A stretch of 64,000 bases of DNA from the human T2T-CHM13v2.0 reference genome, Homo sapiens (GCF_009914755.1 NC_060943.1); one strand, 5' to 3'. Positions 1-17,005 are shown, counted from the stretch's first letter. Numbers and translations: made by a program. Notes: generated from the sequence alone by a model not told the origin.

Positions 1-496
1 GGTGCTTTATAGAACCTAGGAAAGAGAGATACCCACATGTGGATGAAGCCATGTTACTTTTTCTTGTAAGATAAAAAGCAAAAGGGTAATTTATCTCATA
101 AACTGTCAATGCAAATGAAACCAGAAGGAATTGCTTAATCCTTCGGAAGACATTTTTAAAATTTAAATTAACATGACATTGGATGATTCATGTGCTGTTC
201 AGGACTATGTTAGTTCTTAATAGTTTAACTGGCAACATTTTTTTCCCTTAGTGATATATAAATTATGCATCTTACTATTAATGGCATTTTATTATTAATG
301 AAATACCAATTCTATATTTTTGAGCCCCCAAAGACGTCATCATCATCTTTGGTTTTATTTCGTACATTCACTGCTCATTTTGATTTACATATATATTTAC
401 CATAGTCTCTATTCTTTATTCCTTACATTCTGTTAGTATTCTCAGATCTTCCATCCAGAATCTTTTTTCCTGAAATATATTCTAGAAAGCTGTTTA

Positions 497-980
<484 letters not shown>

Positions 981-2665
981 CTATTCCATGTTCCATTATA
1001 TCTTGCTTCTATTATCACAGGAGAAAAGTCAGCCATGACTCTCATCTGCTGCTCCTTTGAAAATGATCTCTCCTTATCTGTCTCTGCCTTTAAGACCTCT
1101 TTGTCTCTGACATTTCCGGTTTGGCCTCACACTTTACACTTTCATAACACCAACTTGCCTATTTGTCTGTGACACATGCGTTTCTTGTCCTGCAGCTTTG
1201 CTGATATGTGGCTTCTGCCCAATACTCCCCCTCCTCTGCATTTCATTTTCTACCCCTGCTCCCCTCTCACACCTGGCTGACATTTACTCATCATTTAGGA
1301 CTCAACCTACAGCCCCTCCATCACATGCTCTGGAAAACTTCCCCGGGCCTCTCTCCGGGGCCAGGTGTCTTTTCAGGACTCCTGTAGGTCTCCTGGACTT
1401 TTGGGTATTAGCACTAACACTTTTACTTTGATGTGACTGAGTGTGGATATCATTTTTTTAGATTTGTCTTTATTTATATTTATTTGGCCTCTTCAATCTA
1501 TGCTTTGGTGTCTTTCATCAGTTCTGGAAAGATTCTTAACCACTGTTTATATTGCCTCTGCTCTTTGTTTTCATCATAGGGCTCTCATCTAATGTTTGTC
1601 AAACTTTTTTATCTGTTTCCCTTCTTACCCTGTGTCCTGTATTTTCCAGAGAGAGGGAGTCAAGTAAACAAGTACTAGGTTAGAGGTCTGTATGAGGGAG
1701 TTGCTAAGAGAACCCTACTCTTTCACTGTCTCTCCATCCTTGGGGCAGAGGTAGGGGATCAGTATTGCCCAGAAAATCCTTTAGCTTGCCTCTAATCAAC
1801 TCCCTCCAACTTCACACTCTGTCAGTATGCCAGGTGTTTCCCTCTTTCCCCCAGTCTCTTATCTCATCCCGTCATGTTCAGCAATAAGGTTTACCTACTT
1901 CCAAGGAAAAAATCAGCTCCCCAACACATACAACGTTATTACCATTGACATTGAGTGATGTACTCCCTGCCTTTTTTAGGGAAAGAGGCTTTCTTCCTCC
2001 TGTCCAAGGTAAGCTCCACCTTCTCTGCTTGGGAATCCTTCTCCTCCACTGCCTTAGGAGCTGTACTCCATCAATCATCCCTTCTGGCTCCTAAATTTTC
2101 AATCATTCTTTCTTTGCTGGCACAAATCTCTCCCGCCTCAGCCCCACAGGCTTCCTCTATGTACTATCCAATATTCTTTCGAGAAAGTATCTTACACCAC
2201 TTCCTGATTCTCATCACTCTTCCACTTGCTCCCCAGCACCAGGCCACTGACATGACATTGTCTAAAGCAACCAGTTATCCTTATTCTCAATGTTATTCTC
2301 AAAATCCAGTGGCAGGTGTTCTTTCTCTTGTTCACCTTTAGGCAGCATTTAGGATTGGGGTTGGTGGGGTGAGGATCTCCCACCCAGTGGCTTATTTTCA
2401 TAGCAAGGAAAGCATGGCAAGGCTGTCTGCTGAAAATGACATGGGTGGGAGCATGGGGAATCCATGGGGAATTGAGAAGAAGTGTGATGTGTTAGGGTGG
2501 TTGGAATAGCCACTGGGGAGAATGAGCAGGATCTGTATAAGGACAAGGAGAGCAACCACTGAGCAGTAGCCAAGGCCCATTGGTTACTGGAGATTAGTAA
2601 TCGTTAATGGTGGCAAGCATCATTGCTATGTGACATCTCCTCCCAGCAGCAGTCATTGGAAGACG

Positions 2666-3027
2666 TCTTAGTCCATTCAGCCTGCTATAACAGAATACAT
2701 AGACTGGGTGGCTTATAAACAAAAGAAATTTACTTCTCCCAGTTCTGAAGGCTGGGAAGTTCAGGATCAAGTCACCAGAAGATTTGGTGTCTGGTGAGGG
2801 CCTGCTTCTTGGTTCACAGATGGCACCTTCTGGTTGTGTCCTCACATGGTGTACAGGGAAAGGGAGTTATCTGGGCTCCCTTTATAAAGGCACTACAATC
2901 CCATTCATGAGGGCTACACACTCCCGACCTAATCACTCCCCAAAGGCCCCAGCTCCAAATACTAAAACACTGGAGATTATGTTTCAGCAGAAGAATTTTG
3001 GAGGAACACAAATATTCAGACTATAGC
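2666..3027 (-). mobile_element. MLT1A-like MaLR solo LTR
   Basis: gtcttagtccattcagcctgctataac...gggtggcttataaac...attcagactatagca. Confidence 0.85.
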
Positions 3028-3525
3028 AGAAAAAAAGGAGTAGATGATGGCATTGGTCTAGGTTTGAGTATTCATGGACAAGATGCCAGGAAGGGTGATG
3101 GAGTGGGGAGGTTGGAGACGGGCAAGCAAGGAGGCTGGAAGGAGAAAGAGAGCGCTTTAACTGGGGAGCCGTTGTACCTAGTGGGGTGGGGAGGGAGGAA
3201 AGGAAGAGAAACAGAGAGTCTTCATAGACTCTAGAAAATATAGTGTCTTGGAATTGAAGCTTCCACCTGTGATATCATATAATGGGAACAGTTGGAAGGG
3301 GAGCACCAAAAAACTGGATGGATAGAAGAACTAGGCAGATCATGAGGTATTGGAATTTACATTTTCATAAGTGGAAAAGTTTTGGGAGATAATGAACCCT
3401 TGGTAGTTAAAGGAAACAGTTGCATTCATCAGGTCTCTTCCAGTTGTGAGTTATAAGGGCTGAATTCAACAAGCTCAAAGAGAAAGGGAACAGTTCTGGT
3501 CATCTGTTGCTATGTCTCTACCCCT

Positions 3526-3887
3526 GTCTTAGTCCATCTGGGCTACTACAACACAATGCCATAGATTGGGTGTTTTGTGCGTAACAGAGATTTATTTCTC
3601 TCAGTTCTGGAAGCTAGGAAGTCCAAGGTCAGGGTGCCAGCAGGTTCAGTGTCTGGTGAGGGCTCTTTTCCTTATAGATGACATCTTCTCACTGTGTCCC
3701 CACTTGGTGGAAGGGACTGGGGTCTCGCTGAGGTCTCTTTTATAAAGGCTTTTGTCTCATTCAGGAGGGTTCCATCCTCATGAACTAATCACCTCCCAAA
3801 GGCCCCACCTCCAAATACGATCACTTGAGGGTTAGGATTTCAACATGTGAATTTGAGCGGGGGGTGTAAACATTCAGACCATAGCAA
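3526..3887 (-). mobile_element. MLT1A-like MaLR solo LTR
   Basis: tgtcttagtccatctgggctact...aacattcagaccatagca. Confidence 0.85.
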
Positions 3888-4361
3888 TCCCCCAAAATAC
3901 AGTGGCTTCAAACAATAATCATTTTAGTATTTTTCATGATTTCCTAGATTAGGAATTTGGGCAGGGCCCAGCTGGGTGATTCTTTTGCTCCCTGTGGTGT
4001 CACTGGAGGTCACTTGAGTTGGGCTAGCATGGAGAATCCAAAATGCTTTCATTCACAAACCAGGCATTTTGGTGTGGATGGCCAGAAGGTGAGGCTCAGC
4101 TGGGCCCCTCTTTCTTTCCATGTGGGCTCCGAGTCTCTCCATGTGCTCTCTTCCAAAGCAGAAGCTGCCAGTCCTCTTAAAGGACAGGCCCAGAATCAAT
4201 AGCACATCACTTCCACAGCATTCTCTTAGAGCAAGTCACAGGCTGGCCAAGATTCAAAGGAAGAAGAAATAGATTCCACCTGTCCTTAGGAAAACTATCC
4301 AAGGATTTGCCACCATTTTTAATCTGCTGTAGGAACAGATTGACTGTTAAGTCTAAAGGCA

Positions 4362-5495
<1,134 letters not shown>

Positions 5496-6095
5496 AGGCG
5501 GATCTACACTTCAGGCATGTCTGAATCCAGGCATGCAGATGGCTTCACCAAGAGTCTGTCTGTCCCCACCCTATGGCTCTGTTTCCTTCTGGTTAACGTG
5601 AGCTCTGGAGGCTCTCTTCACCTTACAGGCAAGATGGCCAGCCCCAGATTCACGTCCTCCTCTCTTAGCTAACTCCAGCTGACAGAGAACTTGTCTTCTC
5701 GTGGTGATTTAGCAATCCCAGGGAAGACTGATTGGCTCTACCTGAGTCAAGGGTCGATGCCACCTCTAACAGCCCATCCCAGCTGGCTCCCCCAGGAAGG
5801 GATTCCAGCCACCACCAACAAAAAGGAACTGGCCTCAGAAGCTCTGGGAGCTGACATGTCGGGGTGACAATTGGGTCTGTCCATGGGAATGTCAAAGGCG
5901 CCCAAAATGATGACAGAAATCTGGGGACAGAAAGACTGAGAGTCAAGCATAAAAATCCTCTGGGAATACAGAGGCCTGGCCTAGGGGGTTGCCAGTGACA
6001 GAAATGAGAGGAAGGGGATGTTCTGGCCCAATAGCCAGAGGCTCAAAGTAGCAGAAGGAGACTCTTTCTTCAGAGGATGAGGGTTCTAAAACAGA

Positions 6096-6400
6096 AGGGT
6101 AACTTCCTGACGTTGCCATGGCATCTGTAACCTGTCATGGTGCTGGTGGGGGTGTAGCAGTGAGGACGACCAGAGGTCACTCTTGTCGCCATCTTGGTTT
6201 TGGTGGGTTTTGGCCAGCTTCTTTACTGCAAGCTGTTTTATCAGCAAGGTCTTTATGACCTGTATTTTGTGCCGACCTCCTATCTCATCCTGTGACTTAG
6301 AATGCCTTCACTGTCCAGGAATGCAGCCCAGTAGGTCTCAGCCTTATTTTACCCAGCCCCTGTTCAAGATGGAGTTACTCTGGTTCAAATACCTCTGACA
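6096..6400 (-). mobile_element. MER41A-like LTR, 5' half only
   Basis: Minus strand begins TGTCAGAGGTATTTGAACCAGAGTAACTCCATCTTGAA, includes CAAGATGGCGAC (YY1 motif); truncated after GGAAGTTACCCT. Confidence 0.85.
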
Positions 6401-8344
6401 ATATCGTAGAGCAAACCAGGCCTCAGGGAGGTGGACACTGAACGAGGACATATGCAGATGTGTAGGGACAAATGTTGGGAAGTGCCTGGAGGAAAACGGG
6501 GAGCTGGGAGAGAGTGTGGCAAGGGGACGGGGCGGGGAGCAGCCTTCAGGTACTTGCTCTGAGGCCTAAAGGAGTGTGGGGAGCTGCCCAGACTGAGGGA
6601 GCCGCAGTTCTAGGCTCTGAGATTGCAAAGGTTTATCGAGTTCAAGAGCCCAGCAGGGCCAGATGAGCTCAGAGCTTAAGGAGAGCTTGGGAGAGGCTAA
6701 CCTGCTGGCAGAGCCTCAAGGGCTCTGGTGAGAAGTTTGGGTTTCATCTTCCCTCGTGGAGGGCTATTGCCTCTCATGCTTGGTCATCCTGGAAGGTGAG
6801 CTGCTCTCAGTGGGGACTTTACCTGCAAGAAGCATATGCGGACAATGTGGTGGGCAAGTCCCCCTGAAATGAGTTTTGTGTGAGTTGCCCAACAGCGAAA
6901 CACACCGGGGGCTATTTGTGTTCATTGCTCACTTTGTCGCTCTCTGATGCAAATCTCTATAAATGGAGGCCTCAGCTTCTAAGATAAATACAAAAAGGTT
7001 TTTTTTTGCCACCGAAAGCCCAGGCCAAAATAGACATGCTTCCTTGTCATTCCCTTGATCAATGACTAGATTTTTTTTCTGGCGCCCCCCTTGATGTGGG
7101 GGTGTCATATCCAGGTTGCTACCTAGTATGGACCCAAGGCCTTGTTGTCTGCTGTCACTGGACCATTTAAAGCAAGTCCCTTGGTAATCATAACAGCAAG
7201 CCCCCGCTTCCCCACAACCCAGCAGTGTGCAGCCAACCCTCAGTTGATGCGTGGCCTCTGATCTTCAGTCCCCAACGTCCTTACGACCTCAGCCCCATCA
7301 GTATTTTCGGATGTTTTTGTAGAGCAAGTGTTTTCAGACAGGAAATGGACGTTTGAATCTTATTGTCTGAACGCAGAAAGAAACAATGGAAGGATCTCCA
7401 TTTGGGGAGGAACAGGTCGGGTCTTTAAAGCTTGCTCAGGCTGCTCTGCAGGGGACACGGGACAGAAGGACACAGCCGCCAGCCAGGGACCAGCAGGTGG
7501 CCCCTGCAGCTGCCAGAGCAAGAAAGGAAAGGGAACAGTTATATAATCCATGGGACAGCCATACAACAGAACAACACAGCTGTCAGAAAGAGCAAGGCGA
7601 TGTGCCGGGCATGGACATGCAGACATGAGCCAGCAATATTCGAAGGAGGAAGAAAGGTGCAAAAAAAAAGACCTGTCCAAAACTGAAAAGTATATATGGA
7701 GACATCGCAGAGCAGCAAGAGAAGCAGGAATGGACCAGACACGAAGGGCCACCAGGCTGAAGGGCTGGGCTGTGTCCTGGGGGGACTGGGAAGCCATGGG
7801 AGGGCTGTGAGCAGGAGAGGAGCCGGGCAGCTCTGGGGGACAGAGTGAATTCCAGGAGGCCCAGAAAGAAGCTTGGGAGAGGGTCCACGCCAAGACAATA
7901 GAGGTTCTTATCCCCATTTGACGGCGTGGGGTGGGGCTGTGCTGGTCTCAGAACCAGGAAGCGGAGGAAGCTGGTGTTCTGGGCCCAGCCCAGGGCTCCT
8001 TCTGGGAACTGGACGGGGCAGGGACTGAGCACAGCATTCACCACGGGGCTTCCTGCCTTAGAATGAAGATGCTTACCTGGTGGGAGGAGCATCAGAGTCC
8101 CAAGGCCAAAGAAGGCTTGCCCCTTAAGAAACCAGAGCTGCTGGAGGAAACAGAAGTACCCAAAATGCCTGAAGCTGACACCCCACCAGACCGGGCTGGA
8201 GGTAAGTCCCTGGGACAGTCACAGGCAGACTGTCAAGCAACAGGGCCGCAGGCCAGGGCCCCCACCCCATCACCTGGCAGAACCCCGGGGAGGCACTTGT
8301 TCAGGACGGAGAGACCCAGGCCCCCTCGCCCCACACAGCAGATG

Positions 8345-8725
8345 CTACATTTGCCAAAACAAAGCCCCACAGACTGGGCGGCTTGAACGGCAGATACTGA
8401 TTTTCTCCCCCTCTGGAGGCTGGAAATCCCAGGTCAAGGTGCCAGCAGCAGAGCTTCCTTCTGAGGCCTCTCACCTTGGCCGGTAGATGCTGTCTTCTCC
8501 CTGTGTCCTCACAGGGTCATCCCTCTGCGTGTGCCTGGGTCCTAATTTCCTTCCCTTGTAAGGACACCAGTCATTGAATTCAGGCCCATCATGTGACATC
8601 ACTTAACCTTAATCACCGATGTTAAGACCTTGTCTCCAATACAGTCACATTCTGAGTCACTGGGGGTTAGGATGTCAACATATGAATGATGGGGGGTGGG
8701 GTGGATCCACACTTCCGCTCATAAC
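8345..8725 (-). mobile_element. MLT1B/C-like LTR
   Basis: ctggaggctggaaatcccaggtcaaggtgccagca...taaggacaccagtcattg...gggttaggatgtcaacatatgaa. Confidence 0.8.
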
Positions 8726-11700
8726 AGAGGCTTAAGGAGGCTGCTTGGATTCCCCCGTGTTGGGTACTTAGAGAGGGGATTGGGCTTGTCTAAGGCAGCG
8801 GAGCAACCGACTGTGGTTCTCCCAAAGTCTAGGGCTCTGGAGAGAAAGAAGAGTGTAGACTCCGAGATGGATCACGGCATGCGGCCCAGGACGTGGAAAC
8901 CTGGCCCAGGCAGAGGTGCGACTCCATCCCAGACTCCAGACCCAGAGGCCGTCGCCCGGCTCTCACCCATTTCCTGGGGAAACATGCCCCGGGGCCTCCC
9001 CAGCGCCAGCCCTCATGTTAGCCAATGTAGGGGACACGCCTAACACCTGACACCTGCCCAAGGGACACGCCACCCCAGCAGCCAGGCTGACAGGAGCAGA
9101 AACAAAACACACAGGGATACGCCAGGCGGGCAGCACCAGGAAACAGGCTGCTGCCGCCACAGGGGCCGCTGTGAGCCCAGAATGGATCCAACCCAGCCTC
9201 AGCCTTCTTCAGAGAGAGAAACTGAAGCATGCTCAGCACGATGGGAAGTGGCTGAAACCCTGAAGAACCCCCAAGAGCACATCCACGGAGACACTGGGAA
9301 CCATGAGGCCCCAGCCTCTGCACATCTGCATTGCAAACAGGGAAACTGAGGCTCACCGTGCCTCGGGCCACACTGCAAGGCTGTGCACTGCTCAGGACTC
9401 CGGAACCCGGGACCCTTGTCCCCCGCTGCAGCAGCTGACCCTGTCCTGGACATTTTCTCCTGACTTTATGAGACTCTAGTGCAGAGGTTGCAAACTCAGA
9501 TGCTCACAGCCACCAGGCAGGGAACAAGAGGGGCACAGTTGGCCTAATGGGGGCCGTGTCTGTCTTGAAAGCAGCTGCCCCTCCTGAAGGCGGCGGCTCA
9601 CAGTGGCGGAACTCCCTCCGACTCCTCCCCACCCCCTCCCCACAGGTCAGGAACACGGGGAGACTACAGCTAGCTCTTCATATTTTTTTTTGTTTGTCTT
9701 TTGAGGAGAATCCAGAGATCTCGATTTCAGTGTGAAATATCTTGATTCCGGCACATTAGCAATTGAGAACATGTTTTTAAAAGGCAGCGCCGCGTGGGTC
9801 AAAGAAAAACCCTGATGAGCCTTCTCATTTGCAAACTCAGATCAGAGGCATAGATGTGGAGGGGACTCCTGCTCCCTGAACACCCTTCCTGCCCACAGCA
9901 GGCGGGGTTATTCAGAACGCAGACGCTTTGCCAAGGGCAACAAGAATCCCCAGGTTCTGGGAGGAAGCTTGTGTGTGGAAGAGTAAGGAGGGATTTCTAG
10001 GTAGAGAAAAACATTCCAGGTGTTCACTCATGTCACTCATGTGGCCACAAATCCCCGGAGGCCTCCTGTGTGCCAGGCCGCGGGCTGGGGACAAAGAGAA
10101 GTCAGACCCAGGTCCTGCCCATAAGACCTCCAGGTTGTTACACCCTTCGAGCAGGGCCAGGGCTGTGTCCCAAGAAGCATGGGGAGAGGGGAGGGGAGGA
10201 GGAGCTGGCATTGAGGGAGGGAGGGCTTGACCCGGCTCGGGGAGCTGAGTGTTGCTACCTGAGCCCAGCAGGCATGCAGGGAGAGGTGACAGCACCGCCA
10301 GGCACAGAAAGCTGCAAGATTGAAGGCAGGAGGCATGGTGCTGGGGGGTCAGAGCACTCCAGCAAGGGCAGAGCAAGCAGCATTTCTAGGGCAGGAGGCA
10401 GACAATGGTGAGAACTGAGCCAGGCAAGGGGCCACAGGCTGCGCCTGGGTAAAGCTCCCTGCAAACAGGCCTCAACTGTCGCCCCGCTCACCCTCAGGAG
10501 AAACAAGGGAGGAGCTGATACCTGGGGGATCAGCTTCCCCCTCTCTCTGAAGGACATGCACAGTGGTGACAATGTCCCTGAGTTTGACTTCAGTCCTGAT
10601 CCCCCACCAATTGAAAGGTCGTGGGGACTAGGAGGGTGACTTCAGGAAAAATGTGGCATCCATATGGGTGGGCTGAGGGATGAGCGCAGCAGGGGCCCAG
10701 CAGCTCCACAGATACAGGTGAGATTGGAAAGTGGAATCATCTCCCAAGAAGTGGATATTGGGCTGAACTCTTTCCCCAGAGTCAAGGGAAAGACACAAGA
10801 GGGCACTCCAGGTCAGACAGACAGATGGGGTCTAATACCAGGCTGTGTTTCCCCGTCTAGGCTGAGGTCACTGCCGGCTCCTCAAGATTCCCTGTAGGGA
10901 CCAGAGGGGGCTGAGTCCATGGAGCAAACCGCTAATTGGCCAGTGGTCAGTTGTGTGCATTTGTACATCTACAAGGAGAGGATCCAAGGAGGAGGCCATG
11001 GCAGGTGGCTCTGTACAAACCTCTGTTCCCTCAGGAGATGACGGAAGCAGCCGTGATCACTGTCCTGGCCAGGACTGAGGGTGACCCAAGCCCTCACAGG
11101 CCTTCATTCACTTAAGCCAGAGACCCTGTGGAATCGGTCCCATTATCATGCCCATTTTACAGAGGAGGAAACTGAGGCCCAGAGAGGCTCAGAAGCCTCC
11201 CTGAGGTTACGTTCCTACCTTCTGAGACAGATGCTATCCCCCTGCCCTTACCCACAAGGAAGTTGAAGTTCACAAAGGGGAGGTCCTTCCAGAATCTCAC
11301 AGCCTGGGGACAAAGCCAGATTTGAGATGGCCCTGCCCTCTCCTGCCTGCTCCTAGGAGCAAGGCCCATCAGGATCACATCAGGCTCACTTCTCCCCATT
11401 CCAGAGTGCAGACTGTGGAAGGGAACTGTCTGGGGCCCTGCAGCCACTTCAGGCTTTGCTGGCTCCAGGAGCAGGTCTAGGCTCTCCCTCCCATTGACCC
11501 TCAAAGTCTAGTCTCTCTGTCTCTGTTTCTCTCTCTCTCTCAATTCCATGCACTCTCTGTGTGCCCTGTACCCTGCTAAATTTGGAGAATGGCTGTGGAT
11601 AGGGCTGCCACCATCCCTTCCTCTCCCAGATGCGGATTCCCCCAACCATGGGACACTGCAGGGTGGGGGGGTCCGTGGGATCATGAACTTCTTCTGCAGT

Positions 11701-11964
11701 GGCCACTTGGACAACAGAGCTGAGCCACCTGTGTTTACATCCCAGCTCTGGCCCTGAGTGTGGGCCACTCCCATGTTCCCTAACCCCAGCTTTCACCTGC
11801 AAAATGGGGGTATAGCATACCGTGGATCACTGTGAGGCACAGAGGAGTTCATGTTTATTCAGGAACCAGCTCGGGGTTAAGGGCACGGTGACGGCAGCCT
11901 GTGTCTGTTGCACACTGTGTCTGTGCCAGGCCATGTTCTAAGCACATTACATGGGTCCTCTTGT

Positions 11965-13295
11965 TTATATCCATCAGGGTTCCACCAGGGAAACAGAACG
12001 AGTAGCTGATCCTTATACAAAGGCTTATTGCATGGGAGTGGCTTATGTGATTCTGAGAGCTGGCTAGGCAGGTGCTATGGACTGGATGTCTGTGTCTCGC
12101 CAACATTTTTAAGTTGAAACTTAACCCCCACTATGATGCGGTCTGGAGGCCTCGGTGTGGACTGCTACAACAAAATACCATAGACTGAGTGGCTTATAAA
12201 CACAAGAAATTCATTTCTCACAGTTCGGGAAGCTGGGAAGTCTAAGACTTCTTATTTCTTCTCCTGGGCAACCTCCATTCTGCTCTTAAGGCCTTTTTGG
12301 GATGTGATTAGGTTATGTAGGTGGAACTTTCATGAATGGGATTCATGCCCTAAGATGGCCGGGCATGGTGGTTCATGCCTGTAATCCCGGCACTTTGGGA
12401 GGCTGAGGCAGGAGGATAACTTTAGCTCAGGAGTTTGAGACCAGTATGGGCAACCTGGCGAAACCCCATCTCTACTAAAACTACAAAAATTAGCCAGGCA
12501 TGGTGGCACATGCGTTTGGTCCCAGCTACTCGGAGGATGAGGCAGGAGGATCACTTGAGCCTGGGAGGTGGAGGTTGTGCCACTGCACTCCAACCTAGGT
12601 GACAGAGCCAAACCCTGCCAAAAAAAAAAAAAAGACCTAAGAGGCCAGACGTTTCCTCTTCTACCATGTGAAGACATAGCATAAGGCACTGTCTGTGAAC
12701 CAGGATGCCGGCCCTCACCAGACACTGAACATGCTGGTGCCTGGATCTTGGACTTCCCAGCTCCCAGAACTGTGAGAATTGAATTTCTTGTGTTTATAAG
12801 CCACCCAGTCTGTGGTATTTTGTTGTAGCAGTCCACACCGAGTAAGACAGCAGGTGTGAAGTCTGTAGGGCAGGCAGGCAGGAGGGGCAGTCTGGAAACT
12901 CCAGCAGCAGCTGAAGCGAAATTCTTTCTTTTCCCGGGAAACCCCCATTCTGCTTTTGAGGCCTTTCAACTGATTGAATCAGACCCACCTACATTATTGA
13001 GGATAATCTCCTTCACTTAAAGTCAACTGATTAGAGCAAAAACAACAACAAAAAGGTAACTATGAGACGTGACGGATATGTTAATTTGCTTGACAGTAGT
13101 AATCATCTGATTATGTATATATATATATATATCAAAACATCATGTTGTATACCTTAAATGTATACAGCATAGTCAACTGATTAGAGACGTCAGTCACAGC
13201 TACAAAATCCTTCCACAGCGACATGTCTCAGTGTTTGGTTGAGCAGCTGGGGTCTGTAACACAGCCAGGTTGGCACATAAACAGACCATCGCACT
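11965..13295. mobile_element. MLT2 (ERVL) LTR with nested MLT1A LTR (~12073-12849), Alu (~12357-12633) and short L1 end (13037-13170)
   Basis: cagggttccaccagggaaacagaac...aactgattgaatcagacccacctacattattgaggataatct...ttggcacataaa; nested elements recognised by consensus motifs. Confidence 0.8.
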
Positions 13296-13683
13296 GCTGG
13301 TCCCCACCATGGCCCTGTGAGGTGGGTTCTGAGATTATCCCCATCCTGTAGAAAAGGATGAGGAGACTCAGAGAGGATAAGGAGCCCGCCTGACTGAACA
13401 AACGGCCGAGACACCTGAGCCAGGGCTGGGAACGCCCCTTCCTCACCCCCCCGCGCCACGTCCCATCCAACCTTGCTCAGGGAATGCTTCAGCTGCTATT
13501 ATTAGCACCAAGCTCGGCTCCAGGGACATGGCACAAAAAAGAAAAGTACATCTCAAAGTGGGTAACCATACCTGACCTTGTCCTAGGAAACAGAGAGTCG
13601 GGGAGGGACGTCTTTGAAGATGAGAAGAGTTCAGTCAATGAAAGGGATAGGAACTAATTTATTCTCTCAAAAATATACTAAGG

Positions 13684-14610
<927 letters not shown>

Positions 14611-15225
14611 AATTTTAAAAAAGAATTAATTATTTTGGAAAGCCTTTGCATGAATAAGGCATGAATCTTTGAACACCCCTGAGATTTCTAAGCATTGTGT
14701 TCAGTGGGCTTCAGGCCTTGACTCATGCCCTGCAAAGCCCCCTAGCAGAATGGAACGCTCTCCATGAATAAAGATAAAAGCCAAAGATGGTGCTAGGTCA
14801 GCGAGGTCCTGGCCTGAAAAAGACAGTCCCCTCCAGTGGGATTTCTTAAACAGACTGTCTAATAAAGGTACGATTTGCAGAGGTGCGAGCAGTGTTAGGG
14901 ATGTAGGGATGGTAAGGATCTCAGGTGCCAGCAATGGGAGGAGAAGTTTCCTGCCAGATTCTGCTGAGTCCTGGAGGAACAAAGGGAGGAATGGTATGAC
15001 CGAGGCCTTAGTGAGAACTGGGATCATGGAAGAGGGGCTGCTGATGGCACTGAGGCTCCCACCTTGGGAGCAGCAGGCAGGGAGGAGGGGATCCTCCAGC
15101 CCCTTCCAGTATTCTGCCTGTGCCTCCCTTTGACCAAACCCACCTCGAAGTTGAAGGGCAAGGGAGCTTGCTGATGGGGTCAGTAGAGGTCAGCCTCATA
15201 GGCAGAGGGGATGGAGGAGGGATGG

Positions 15226-15849
15226 TGTGGTGGACTGAATGATGGCCCTCAGAGACATCAGTCCTAACGCCTGGACCTAATGCCTGTGCATGCTACCTGA
15301 TAAGGAGAAAGGGTCATTGCAGATGTGATGAAGTTGAGGCTCTTGAGATGAGATTACCCGGGTTTATCCAGCTGGTCCCTAAATGCAATCACAGGTGTCC
15401 TTTTCTTTCTTTATTTTTTTTATTTTTTATTTTTTATTTTTTGAAACAGGGTCTCACTCTGTCACCCAGACTGGAGTGCAATGGCAGGATCTCAGCTCAC
15501 TGCACTGCAACCTCTGCCTGGGTTCAAACGATTCTCCAGCTTCAGCCTCCCGTGTAGCTGGAACTACAGGCACAAGCCACGCAATTTGTCTTTTTTGTAG
15601 AGACAGGGTTTCACCATGTTGGCCAAGCTGGTCTCGAACTCCTGGGCTCCAGCTCTCCTCCCACTTAGGCCTCCCAAAGTGCTGGGATTACAGGTGTGAG
15701 ACACATTGCCCGGCTCACAGGTATCCTTATAAGAGGGAGTCAGGCCAGGCACAGTGGCTCATGCCTGTAATCTCAACACTTTGGGTGGCAGAGGCAGGAG
15801 GATTGCTTGAGCCTGGGAGGTCGGGGCTGCAGTGAGCTATGATCATGCA

Positions 15850-15850
<1 letters not shown>
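15226..15850. mobile_element. MLT1 LTR 5' part with a minus-strand Alu and a partial plus-strand Alu
   Basis: tgtggtggactgaatgatggccc...gcagatgtgatgaag; Alu motifs at 15410-15715 and 15742-15850. Confidence 0.8.

Positions 15851-17005
<1,155 letters not shown>

Noticed and set aside
6096-6400. MER41 as an interferon-inducible STAT1 enhancer
   Set aside because: The fragment is MER41A-like and truncated; I saw no TTCCNGGAA GAS site in it.
6700-6800. Donor-like GAAG|GTGAG after a mildly hydrophobic frame, a possible TM exon for the orphan exon
   Set aside because: The upstream sequence resembles an L2 remnant; there is no acceptor and no TM-length hydrophobic run.
7328-7917. Overlapping 70-185 aa ORFs in non-repetitive sequence
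   Set aside because: No recognisable domain, start context or exon structure; expected by chance at this GC content.
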